Below are positions 35,661 to 48,300 of a DNA stretch of 64,000 bases, in pieces. Made by a program: the position numbers and the translations under genes. Numbering within the stretch: the stretch's first letter is position 1; each line of letters begins with the position of its first letter. The notes beneath the pieces are model-generated. The model had not been told where the DNA came from. It did no database searches and saw nothing but the letters and a program-made list of their open reading frames with translations. Origin of the DNA: Lepidodermella squamata (lineage: Eukaryota; Animalia; Gastrotricha); NCBI GenBank assembly GCA_047495785.1, contig JBLDXI010000013.1, positions 620,001-684,000 of the forward strand, written 5' to 3'.

Positions 35661-36526
35661 TACAGTTCTTCTCAATGAGAGAAAAAATGGTTTGCACCGA
35701 CTGATGAGAAAAAACTGAGAGTTAAATCGCGACGGGGGGCGAGCTTTCAAAATTTATGAAATAGCCCATATATCAAACTAGACTGCGACGGCAAATCAAT
35801 ACATCGGCTATCCAAAACAGGAGTCGCCGCCTAAAAAAGCGCAAAAATGTGGTCCACGCAGCGAGCGCGCCAAGAGCGCATAGTTATAATGGATCGCAAG
35901 CGCACTTGATATTTTTTTTACGCATTTAATCAAGTTTACCTCCTTTATTGATGATGAAAGCAGAAAGGTTTTGTTCATTCAACGGCGTTTCTAGGTGATG
36001 TCGACAATCAGCAGAGCGAGCCGCAAATTACAGCGAAAGGCCCTAATTAACCTTTAAACTAAGCAACTCATATCGGCACGAAAAAGCTGAAATTAGCTGA
36101 AAAACCAATGGGAATAACTAGTTAGCTGAAATTAGCTGCTGTAAAAAGCCGTTTGACAGCTCCACCGTTTTCAGCAATGTTCAGGTGATTATTTTCAGCA
36201 ACAACAAAATAAAAATCGATGCAGCTTATACAAAATAGCTGGGTTTTGGGATTCGCTGCATCTGTCGCATTTCGCTACTTGCGATTTTTCGCTCCGTGTT
36301 CTGAAAAATTCAAAACGTGTCACGTTTTCACAAAACGCGCATCTGTCGCGTGTCACACTGCCCATGGTGGCTGGCATATGCTCTTAAGATTCGATTGCAG
36401 ATAAAGTTATCAGAATTTGCCTATTCCATGAAAAATAAAAGGGGGCGGATACTGAGCTGATAAGGCTCATTAGAAGGAATATACTACATGATTAACACAG
36501 AGTCAAACACTTTTAATGACATAATT

Positions 36527-38997
36527 ATGCTCTTGAAAACAACTGAACTGTTTGCTGTTCTAATCATTGGCTGTCTGGTGCGTAGCATCAGTGCAGAATC
36601 TGGCTGTACCTTAGTTGAACAGCCTCTCGAGTTGGACGAGTTGAAAGAAGAACCGATCACCTGTAAAGCGTTGCAAACACATTCGCATTGGAGTCGGTTG
36701 CGCTGTTGTACCACTATTTTGTCAAATTTGCCGCAATGTGATGCTTATGACATGGCCATTGCTCAAGAGCTGTTTGTTTTAATCACATCCTAAATCGGCT
36801 TCAATAGTAAATCAATTTCTTATTTGCACATTTCAGGAATAAAGCCGACAGCTACCGATGTTCTGTGCGGGCGAATAGCTCTTATAGTGACCGAGCTTGT
36901 TGCGAGACTGATTTGATCCTTGGACTTGCGTATAATCTAAAACTAATTAACGCTTGCGAAAAAAACGGAGTGGTCTTCAACGAAAGCCGCGCGTTCTCTG
37001 AATCAGATGGTAAATATATATATTTTGTTTTGCCAATTAATAAATTAAAATCTGTTGATAGGAGAACTGAAGGAAATAGCAATGTACTCGTATGGAGCAT
37101 TAACAAGTTCGACTGTTACCGTATTTTGGGAGATCGATGCTTGCACAATCGACACCATTTTGGAGCTGAGCGAAGAAGCAGCTGATGGGAAAACAGTTCA
37201 GCGTTATTCTTACTTGCAATCTTGCAGTTCGAAACTGAAGTCTGACCGGCAGGGATGTTTCACGCCAAAGCAACATTCGAAAGAACTGAAAGAGTTGCTG
37301 CCTCATACAAATTACACTATATCACTGCGCCAGAAACGATACAATTCCCGTTTCTGGAGTCAGCCTGTAATTATGAAGTTGAGAACACACGAAGAAGTGC
37401 CATTGTCGGCCGCAGAATTGGCACCAGGGCTGATTATTTTCGACAACGTGAATCATACTTCATGTTCGTCGATGGGGGCGGAAGGTTACGAATTTTTCAC
37501 GCTTATATGGAGGGTAATATTTTTAGATTTTCGTCAGCTAAAAATTGAATTTTCACCTGTGTAGAAACCTGGCAATGCTGTTGCGAGAGGGGAAATACTG
37601 ACATACGAGTTACGAATTCGATATTTCAACGAAACCGAACCGCTTTCTATCGTATATGGCTCAGAAACTAGTAAGACTTACATGCCTATTTCCGTCCACC
37701 ATGGACCTGGAAATTCTTGGTGCACTGTTCCTATAATTTTCGAAATATGGTCGCTTAATTCGGCGGGAAGGTCGATCATCAGCTCCAACATAGCAGTTTC
37801 TTTGGATACGTTTCTAATAAGTAAGTTTGGCCGGCGTGATGAACCACGGAAATTAAAATTTCGATTTCAGACGCGCAAAGCTTTTCCTTCGTGCTGGGTT
37901 CCTTGGACTCGATAAATATTGAACTTCTCCCTGAACGGTGGAGTAATTTAACACTTTATTATCGGACTGATGAATCGGATGATGATGCGATTGATTGGTG
38001 TGATGCTGGTTTATCAGACTTAGATGGGAAACCTTTGGGCATTCCGTTGAACCAAGGTTGCTGGAAAAAGAAGTCAATCTTCGGAATCTCCGTGGAATCT
38101 TCGGGTGGAAGTTCGGGAATTATTCCTTTGAAAAGCGGTGCAGTAAGCAAGGCTTTTACAATGATTCCGAACGAAGAAGATCAATCCTTCGGATACCTGG
38201 CTATTAGTTTAATTTCCGTTGCTGCCGCTGTAATTCTGTTAGCTGTAGTGATAGCTGTCTGGAGAATCCGAATTAAAACTAGAAGGCGCTCACGTGTTCC
38301 GGAGCCAATACCTTTACCAGAGATAATTTTCACGGGCGAACTGCCGATGTATCACGTTAGGAGTTCCTTTGAGAAAGCCGAAATTGAACAATCGAAACGC
38401 AATGGCGAGCCGGAGGCTGGTCCATTGAATAATCCATATTCTGTGCTAGTTGTTGGGCCTAATAGCGAACAACAAGAAAATGCGGATTTTGCATCAAATG
38501 TTACTTCGGAGGATGCTGTTCCATTGGTTGGTGGATCTGGTCAAAATTCTGAGCCAGCTGGTGGGCCTCATAGCGAAGATCAAAGCAATGCGGACTCTGC
38601 CTCGACTGTTAGTTCGGAGGATGTGCGACAGCCGGGTCTTGGGCACTACAAAGCCGTGGGTCTACAGAATTCCTCTGCTGGTACAGCACGCAATAGTTCG
38701 ACGCAAGCATCTAGTATGGAACCGACGTCGGAAGAAGGCGATGAGGAAGAATCGGAAAGTTCGTCCGTTACAGAAACAAGTGCGAATAATATTTCCAGGC
38801 TACTAGTATCATCGGGATATACTCCAATTTCTGAGGAGGCTACTTCGACTGACGAAGCGGATCCGCACGGTAGATTTTTCTCCGGCGATGAGGCTCGCCC
38901 GAGTTCGTACATTCCTATCGCCACGACTTCAAGCGGTGGTTCTACAGAATCCTCAAATATACCAGCTTCAAACTGTGGTGGTTATACGCCTATTTAA
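36527..38997 (+). CDS. Type I FN3 cytokine-receptor-like protein 1 (long tail)
   Basis: Signal peptide; Cys-rich N-terminus; FN3 with LPHTNYTISLR..SRFWSQP (WSxWS-like) and THEEVP; transmembrane helix; Pro-rich juxtamembrane segment; Tyr motifs in tail. Confidence 0.75.
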
Positions 38998-39238
38998 ACA
39001 TTATTTTAACCGTTTTTTTCGCTGAATAAAATTCGTTTTCAATTCGGCCTTTTTATATCGGTAGCATGCTCCATCTCACTGTTCGAGCTCAATACTTCTC
39101 AAATTGAGGGGGAGCTGATAAAATCAGGAAAAGATTAGGCTAGTTCTTTGGTATTTCCGTTATCGTCCACACTCAGCAACAATAGTGTTAGATATGTTAT
39201 TTGCATGAGGTTTTTATTTATAATATAGCTGAAATTCA

Positions 39239-41320
39239 ATGGCTATTGGATGCTGTTCTGAAATATTTGTCATTTTCCTCATTTGCCTCCCTTTCTCTTT
39301 CTCGTTGGAATATTCTTGCTCAATTAGTAAACTCGCAGCTCCAATTACTTCGATTGAGACTTTCGCGTCGACTAGTGGCTTTGAACGGTGCTACGTCACA
39401 ACACCGGTTCACGGCCGAGCTGGCAGTGTTGCTCGATGTTGCGCCACACCTGTCAAAGAATGCCGGCAGCAGCTACTGCGGATCGAACCTTCATCAGTTA
39501 GAGGCACTAGGTTGATTTCTGAATAAATTATAATATAGATTCGTCAATACCTGCGATTGTACAGAAAAGATGAAAGCTGTGACACTGCCGTCGGCCAATG
39601 TTGCGCTTCATTTACTAATGAAAGAGATACGGCTTACAACATAAGTTTGATCTGCATCGATGAAGGAGAACAAATCCTCAATTCTTCGAACATCAAAAGA
39701 TTCCTACCTGTGGAACATGGTAATCAGCAGGCATTAAAAATGTGTCTCTCACAATGCATCAGGTCTGTAATTATTTTCCACAGAGCGAGCGAACTTCAAG
39801 TCATCTGACCTCCGAGTTTTTAATGTTACGAGTAGGACAGTTAATTTTGAATGGACGATGATGGGTTGTAATAAGGAGCTAACCGCAAACCTGTGGCAAA
39901 TCAGCAAATCGATTAAAAAGCTTCTTGATAGCCGATTAGTCACCTGTCGGCATCCCAGCAATGACTCCGGACTGTGTTCAAGTCGTGAAAAGAAAATAAC
40001 CTCAAGGTTATTTGACGCAAATGATCTCGACCCATATACAGAGTACATGGTAGAATATCGGCAGAAAATTGAAGATTATTGGACAAAACTTTGGGGAGAT
40101 GCTAATTACACAAATTTTACGACATTTGATGATATCCCTCTGAGCGGGCCCACGATTTCACCAGGTGGTATCATCGTCCCAGGCTGCGGCGAACTCGCAA
40201 ATAATGGCTCATCTTTCAACATAACCGTTGTTTGGAAGGTTTGATTCTCATGATTTAATGGTAAAGAATTATCATAAATCATATAAATCGTTCTATCAAC
40301 ATAGGCATTGTTAGACCCTTTAATCCTGCGAGGACTTTCAAAAGGATATACTGTTGAAGCCGCATTTCTGCCAACAAATGATTTGGTTAAAAAGATCAAC
40401 TACACCTATCCATTGGAAACTAACTCAACCATGGTAGATATTTCTATCAACGTGATAGAAGACATGAATATAGATGATCTCTGGAATTCGTTGAATCTAC
40501 GGGTCAACATTTGCGCTAATACTCGGGCTGGTTATTCGTGTTCGGCTTTCGAGGGTAATTTAGGAAAAATCGCTCAGTGTAAGTTCGTATCTTTTTTATA
40601 CGCAATTATCAGCGAGAGTATTGGAATTTAGACGCTCGACAACTTTCCATTCAGAGATTCGAGCTGAGATCTCAGTTGAAGATAACCGGAGCTCCGTTTG
40701 GTTCACAGAACGTCACTTTCTACTACGTTGGAGAGAACTCGCGTCAAGTAGATTGGTGCACAAAACGCTTAGATGACGGGCCGACTTTCGATTTGCCACC
40801 TGATTGCTTCACAGAAAAGCTCGATGGCCAGTTCATGGGAGTCTCAGTCGAGGGCGAAGGTTTCAGCACGGGTATTTTGGATTATAAACAGTGCTTCGAA
40901 CCTCCTTTCCAAGCGCTATTCGTTGCGATCATTCCTGTGGGTGCAATAGTTTTAGCTATAATGGTAGCTGGCATTGTTTGTCTGGCACTGCGAAACAGGA
41001 ATTCGAGGAACTGCTGTAACGTTTTACTGTCAGGTGATCGTCGCAACGCTTTTTCGCGGAAATTCAAGCTGGAGCCATCTGCCACACCGATAGAGGATGC
41101 CAAAGACATTGTTTATCACACATCAGGCGATGAACGAAATTTACAACCTCTGCTACCACCTCGCCAACCTGCATCTCAGCATCTACCAAAGCCTGTAATA
41201 ATTGATGACGATAATGAATCCCAACATGATTCAGTGGCTGGTTCTGACCTGGTAATGGATGAGGCTGTGATGTCGGTTTCAAACGACGAAAAATATAAAA
41301 CATGCAACCCTACTGTTTGA
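39239..41320 (+). CDS. Type I FN3 cytokine-receptor-like protein 2 (short tail)
   Basis: Signal peptide; LDPYTEYMVEYR..TKLWG..TFDDIPLSGPTISPGG; VDWC..GVSVEGEGFSTGI aligns with paralog 1; transmembrane helix. Confidence 0.75.
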
Positions 41321-44300
41321 TAATCCATATTATTTCACATATTTTTCATTTTAAAATTTAGGTTTCAATAAATACCACTTTGTTATACTATAAACGGAGG
41401 CTCGGCTATAGTCTAATGGTTATCGGTATTTGGTTACTTGCCTTGTAGAGGTTTTTCCAGTTATTATATTTTTACCTGGGCACATATACAACATCGTTAG
41501 AGTAAATCAGTGGTGTTATCTGTGAATTGACGATAAAATCGCAGTAATATTTTATTATTTGCAAAGAAGGGAGCAATTTTGTTACGGTGGATTGTGTTCG
41601 CCGCAGAATAACGCACCGTCCGCAACACGCTAATGTTCTTCGCGATTTCTTCTGGCTCAGAATGTATATGCGGAATGAGTATATAAGATCAAGGGCGAAA
41701 AGGAGCATGGAAGCGAATAAACATAATTCACGATGAGAGGAAGCGCTAAACAAAATGTGGAAGTTTTTCCCAGCGATCGCGTATTTTATTATTTGCATAT
41801 TATCGCAACGCGGGCTTCTACAGCGCTGGTTCAAGGTAAATAATATCTACGTATGTATTGTATTATTAGGTATTTAATATAGAATGGCATATAGCATGCC
41901 CAAGATGCATTAGAAACATAGTATTTTCCTTATTTTCTACAACCTGTACAGAACTTCTTGCTTTTTTCTTTGCGACAAGAGGCCCATAGGGCTCTAGATT
42001 CACTTGGAGCGGAGTAGAGCTGCGCTGCCTCTGAAGACGATTTTTTGTCTTTCCAATGTGCTGCGATCGTTTGTTCGCACCTTGTAATGCGATGACGCAA
42101 TTCACACATACACCTCCCACTTTCATTTCCGTCGACCAAATGGTTGAATTCACTACTATATGCGTTATGATGAGTCTAGTGCAACAGCCTATAATGCGCC
42201 GAGTGTGAGTAAAAGCAGGCGGCAGAGTTGCCGAGCGCACACGACTCTGCCGATGTCATACAGCCTACTATATATAGGTTAAAGCACGATCGTTCAAAGC
42301 CGCAATATACAAGTGCAAGTTCGGATAGGCGACCATACATAGGTAAACTGCTCTGCGTCACCGTATACATTCCACTGGCCATGTTATAATTCGCTTTCGT
42401 CACGTCAGCCCTAGCATCATCGTAGTCATGTCTATTCGGAGCCTATTATCGTGGTCCTTTTTACTCGTCTAACCTTTACCTGATATCCGCTGTCGTCCTC
42501 TGTGATGGTTTGTTGTTGTCTCAGTTCACCTTTTCCGCAGCTATAATATAGCAGCACCACGTGCGCGCGCAATGGTGCCGCGTTGTCCACATCATTCAGT
42601 CATACCTACCATTACTATTATCATGTTATGCCTGCTGAACGCAAGAGGCCGCGGCATCACTTGGCACCAGAAACAAACTTTCGAGCATTCTCAAACGCTT
42701 CTCAAGGCCGCAATTTATTTACGAGTTGTTGCGAAGTCATCGATGCAAATGCGCGTATAGTAGGAAATTATTGCTCGCGTCCATAGTTTCTCGACGCTGT
42801 TATTTTGATAAGAAAACCCGGCTGTACGTGACCCCGTGATTATACGTATAAGTTATGTATGTCGCATAACGCGCTAGCCGATGCCCCATGCGTTTTCCAA
42901 TGTTTCACACCAGGAAAAGATAAGATTATTATAGTAGTCCTTCATACCGCGCCAGTGGAAAATGACAGCAACCTGCATCGCGATAATTAGCGTGTTGCCG
43001 CATTATTTTTGTGAATATTCAAACAGGGGCGATATCGCGGTCAAGTCGGTTGACAATAATATTGCTCTGCCCCACTCTGCTGTTATTTGCGTTCGTTTTA
43101 AGCAACATTTTCGTGAGGTACCTAGTGATGAAGTGCCTGGGTATTATAATTTACAATTATTACCATCGATGCGCACATCACCCGACTAGCAATCGAGATG
43201 CCGATTATTAACGGGTAAATATTGCGCGTGGCAAGTTGAGACACAAACCAGAACACTGGCCTCCTCCTTGCAGGCTTACCTGACTGACTACTACCTTATA
43301 TTTATACCTACCACGACCACACCATTCAGTCGTAGTCGCCGCCGCAGCCGCTCTATAACAGCACCATAATTACTCACCTTCATCTCATCGTCGTCGCTTT
43401 GTTTGTTCAAACACGCAGTTGGCCTACATGCTACACACATAGCCAGAGGCACAGTACACATGTGCTGCTGCTACTACTACTACTCGATTGCGATGTAATG
43501 TTTTTAAACAACTCGCTACAAATTTGTAGTAGGTACAGATGTTTCCAGCCTTTCTTTTTACGAAGATATAGCCACAGCATTTATTCGCTTCGTCATCATT
43601 GCAAAAATTGCTGGGTTTTTCCCAGGGCTTACCATGCTCATTAATTATTTGCCAATACCAGCATGACTGAAGGCTGAGCAGGTGAGCGCAGGCTCTATAT
43701 CGACCGATAAATAATGGCGATGCTTCTTTATTATGGAATAACGATTTTTTTTTGACAAATTCTGCCACGTTTGTCTTATAATAGTAATTTCAATTATAGG
43801 CTTCCTATAAAAAGAGTTTGCAATTTTTTTATTTCTAGATGGACGTTACGGATAAATTAAGCCAACATTTTTGAATTTTGAATGTCTTGAGATATCGATT
43901 CAGCATTAGTCATATGTTATCGCAGCACGCACGCGTCCACCTCGTGTCACCACCGCCGTCTGTTATTCGTGCTGACGACGATGTTCAGATCGAAAATAAC
44001 CTCGCCTCTTAGTACTATAGTGTAGTAACTAACCTATCATATGGCACGGGTTAGCATAATAGAATTAATAATAGGATTGACGCGATGGCATGTTCTGATC
44101 GATAATTTTGCGCTTCCGTCGTCGCGGTATGAAAGAGTAAAGTGTTGGTGTGCTTAGGGTCTGTGTATCGTATTAATGCTACTTCTTTAGCTACTCTGTT
44201 AAAATGTCTTAGTTCGACCGGTCCGCTGTGCTTCTTTTCCGATGCGATTTCTTACTGCTTCGGCCAGAAATAATGCTAGCAACAATGGCACATAAACATC

Positions 44301-45359
44301 ATCACAGCTATTTCCGGCGTTGTTTGTAGGCCACTGCTCTTCTGCTTTCTTATACGCATTTAGCCGAATGCGAGAGCAAGAGAGAGGAAAAATTATTATT
44401 ATTTTATTATTTCACGATATTGCATATCGCTGATGAAAGCGTATTAATATTGCACTGTTTAAGTTGTGAATTTTCCTACTGCTGGTTATCCATCACACGC
44501 CGCGTTCTGTCACGTTGTCATGGTCTTCGTCGCTGGCATAAGACTTGTTTTAACAATGAAACACTGCGTTGAATCTGCCGCCTTTACATAAGCTGTAGCA
44601 AGTCGCAGAATCTACCATTGTCGCCATAGACTGTTAACACTATTTATTATTATTATTACTGCTCTATGGTTTTTTCTCGCTCCGCTCACAGTGTAATCGC
44701 TGAACTAACCCGAGCAGTTGCCGTCGTAAAAATGTTTATTTATGCCATTCTATTTCGTGGCCCAACACTCGAGGCCACCGCCCAGAGAAACGACGTGTGG
44801 GATGCGTGTTTATTCGCCTTTAAGTGTCAAGATAACGCGATTTGTGGCATTATATTTATTATTAGCCAAGCGAAAAGGCCACAGCAACACCCTGCGCCTG
44901 GCTGATACTTCAGGTTAAAATCGGCCGATTTTCTTCCTCATCATCGTCATTACCGCCGCCGAAGCACGTACAATGAGCCCTCTTCAAATTCAATTTGCGT
45001 GTGCCAGCCATGTGCCGTGAGCAAACAAATTTACGTGAATTGCTCAAAAACACTCGCGTTTTTTTATCTTGTTATTTTGTTGCAAGTAATAATTTTCTCG
45101 CCGTCTAGTTTTGTTTAAATAATTTATTGTTGTTCATCCTTGCTGTCAATTTGAAAAGCCGAGGTGTTGCTCTTTTTGCGCACGCCTGAGAGATACATTC
45201 GTACGCTACATTTTTCAACAGAATTTGTGCTTCAAATCGCTTTCTGCTGGCTGTTTTCTTCTTCTTCTTCACGGTCGATATCGATATTAGCGTGCACATC
45301 CTCAACACCATTGCTTTTAATTCGTTCCATGGGCTGCTCATTTGAATCAGCGAACTATC

Positions 45360-48300
45360 ATGAACAAAACACTAAAATTCGCGCTCGTCGTGGTCACGGC
45401 GACAATCCTACTAGCCGCTGAGCTAGGCGTCACCGCTGCCGGCGACGAAGACCCGGCTGCCGCCCAACAACAACAACAACAGACGCCGGCGGCTAAGCAC
45501 AACACCAAGGAACGGGCTGGTCATCATGCTCGGCGGACAAACGTCACCGGGCTGCCTCCACGGAGAAGATCGCAACGTCGGACACCGCCGGGTTTACTCA
45601 CGTCGACGGCTGTGGCCACAAACCCCGCGGATCCAGCACCAATGTCGATAAAACTTGGCCTTAACGACAAGCCAGCAGTTGCCGCGAATGAGGTATGACG
45701 AAAATTTCATTTCATAAATTCATAAATTTCTTCACTCATTCATATTAGATGCATAACGATTTTGCAAATGACGATAGAAAAGCGAATAGCAGAAAGCAAC
45801 AAGATGAATATCAATTAGGAATGGGGCAGCAGCAGCAGCAGGCGATGCCTGGTAACGCGATGTTTGCAGCATCACCTCAAGACAGTCCGCAAGCTCAGCC
45901 TCAACAGCCTGCAGTGCCTTCTGCGAATCCGTGGCAACCAGTTATTGCTAATACGCAACCTCCTCCTCAACAGCCTCAATTTAACAATTTTAACAACATG
46001 GGTGGAATGGGAGCGCCTGCTCCTGGAATGGGCCCAGGCTCGCTGGCCGGTATGAACGGCATGAATAATAACAATGCCCTAGGTGGCGCTCCTGCACCGG
46101 AACAGACCACAAACCGGAGACGGCGTAAGTTTTAGCCGAAATCGAATTTATTATTCAACCTTTTACATGGAGTCGAGCATTCATTATTGTCCCTTTGTAT
46201 TTCGTCATCAGGGTTAAATTATATATAAACGGGAGTAGTTCGGTTTTATAAATTGGTTTTATTGCCGTCTTCGCAAAACCGCATTCAACCTTCTCATGGG
46301 GTTGCGCTGCCGAAGTCGAAAACATAAACAACGGAGTCAGCGGACTGTAGTAGTCAACTTGAACAGTATAGTCGCGTGGGAATTGCCGCTAGTTATTAAA
46401 AATTCGCAATAGTGCATTATAAAACATTAATTTATTATGCTTTGATTTGAGCGGCGCTCGAAATGTTAGCTTAAAATCGTAGCCACTGTTTTTATTTACC
46501 AGCCATTCAAATCGCGCGCAAAAGCGATGAATTTCTCGGCGAAACAGTCTCACGCTTTTCACCACAACATTGTTCCGCGATGAGATGAAGCTGATTTCCG
46601 ATCATTGTGCCAACTTTCTAATAACTTCTCACAGTTTCGCGCAAAATTCGGCGGTTTCGACTAGCAATAGTTTCACTCACCTTTTGTATAGTAATAGTAC
46701 TTCAAAGAATCGTTATCGTCCCAACTCTCTGCGTTATCGCTTACCTCTTAGCGTCGACACGACACGGGCCATTTCAGTGCGGCTCTTACAAACTACCGGC
46801 CCTTTTTGCGCCTTTCATTATGCCAGGTAGCTGCAGTATTTACGTGTAAAACACGGGCACGGCGGTATTAACATTACAGCTTTAGGCTTTGAATAAATTC
46901 AAATGCAATGTACCGTACTGAAAACAAAGACCCGCCCGCTGCTGTAAAAGCGCAGTTTTAAATATATCGCCGAACATTCTATAATATTTTATATAGGTAA
47001 TATAATAGTGCGAACGGTGGGGTTGTAGTTGAGAGCGAACCTATATGTGGAGCGCGCCCGTAAAAACATGCATCTCTCGGGTCATCTCTCGCCACTCGCT
47101 AATTCAAGCAGTTATGGTAGCGGTTGAGGCTCGGCTCACAACGCGTCTGCTCTTTCTCACACGCCAGCAACGCATTTTCTGATGTGTTGCAATTGAAACT
47201 ACGTTATTATTTTGCTGAAAAATACGCGCGCTTTTTCCATTCATTACTCCCGCCTTTTTATTTACTGAAAAATTACACGTTCTACATTGACAAGGTCCGC
47301 GCCTTTCCTCCCCGTTCTTTTTCAAACCCGGCGTAAAATAATATTATCAATCATGGAACATGGTATAGTACGTTCGTACATACATAATGTCATCATTTAC
47401 AACAAATCTACGCTCGTAGCTAGCCGGCAATTGCGCTTTCAGCTGTGCGATGCCGATTTAATTTGAAATTGCAATATGACGCGCCCCTCTGACACGCACA
47501 TTTGCGTTCGAATGCAATTAGCAACCTCTATCTATCTATATCTCTGTCATGTAGCCAAGCTACCGGAATTCTCATTTTCTACAAATTGGCATTTTGGCAG
47601 CGGCTGAAACGTAAATAAAAATTATTTATTCATTTCTAGAGTCCCATCGCTCGATTTTTTCTTGTAAAATTTCGGTTTGCCATACCTCAATCAACGACGG
47701 CGGCGTCACAAGTTATCAGCGCGATTATTTTAGTCGCCACCCTTACCATCACTGACGCCGCTCGTCTCATAGAGCTGACTAGGGCCCCACCGAAAAGCGA
47801 AGTTAATCGCGGCCAGACAAGTTACATTATCGGGCCGTCGACGAAACCCAAAGTCGACGGGTGGAGGGCTGTGCAAGAACCGACACGGCCTAATGCAGCC
47901 TTCATCAATGGCACCCTCCAATGGATAACCCCTTCCACGACAACACGTGGTTTGTAATAATTATAAATCAGAATGAATGTTCGACTGGTTTTTTCGGGGG
48001 TTAAAAATGTTGCCTAGAAATGGTCTAATTTTTGTGAATTTTCTTTACAGCGCAAGAAAATCGCGAACAGGCGGTGAAGAAGTTGATCAATCTCGGTCAA
48101 GTTATTTTGGTGGAGCAGGAAAACTCCGACTTCCTCGCACGTTTTGGCCTGAGCCAAGACTACAAATTGCGATACTCGCCGCCACCGCTCAGCGATCCAT
48201 GGCCATTGCCGCAAGTTTTCGAGGAAAGTGGCCGATTGTACGCCATCAACCCGAACGAGCTCGAGTGGAACCTGATGGGCAAGGGATCAGCCTGCCCAAC

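Noticed and set aside
41472-43768. Scattered 60-124-aa ORFs on both strands
   Set aside because: No recognisable motifs or consistent splice model; compatible with chance
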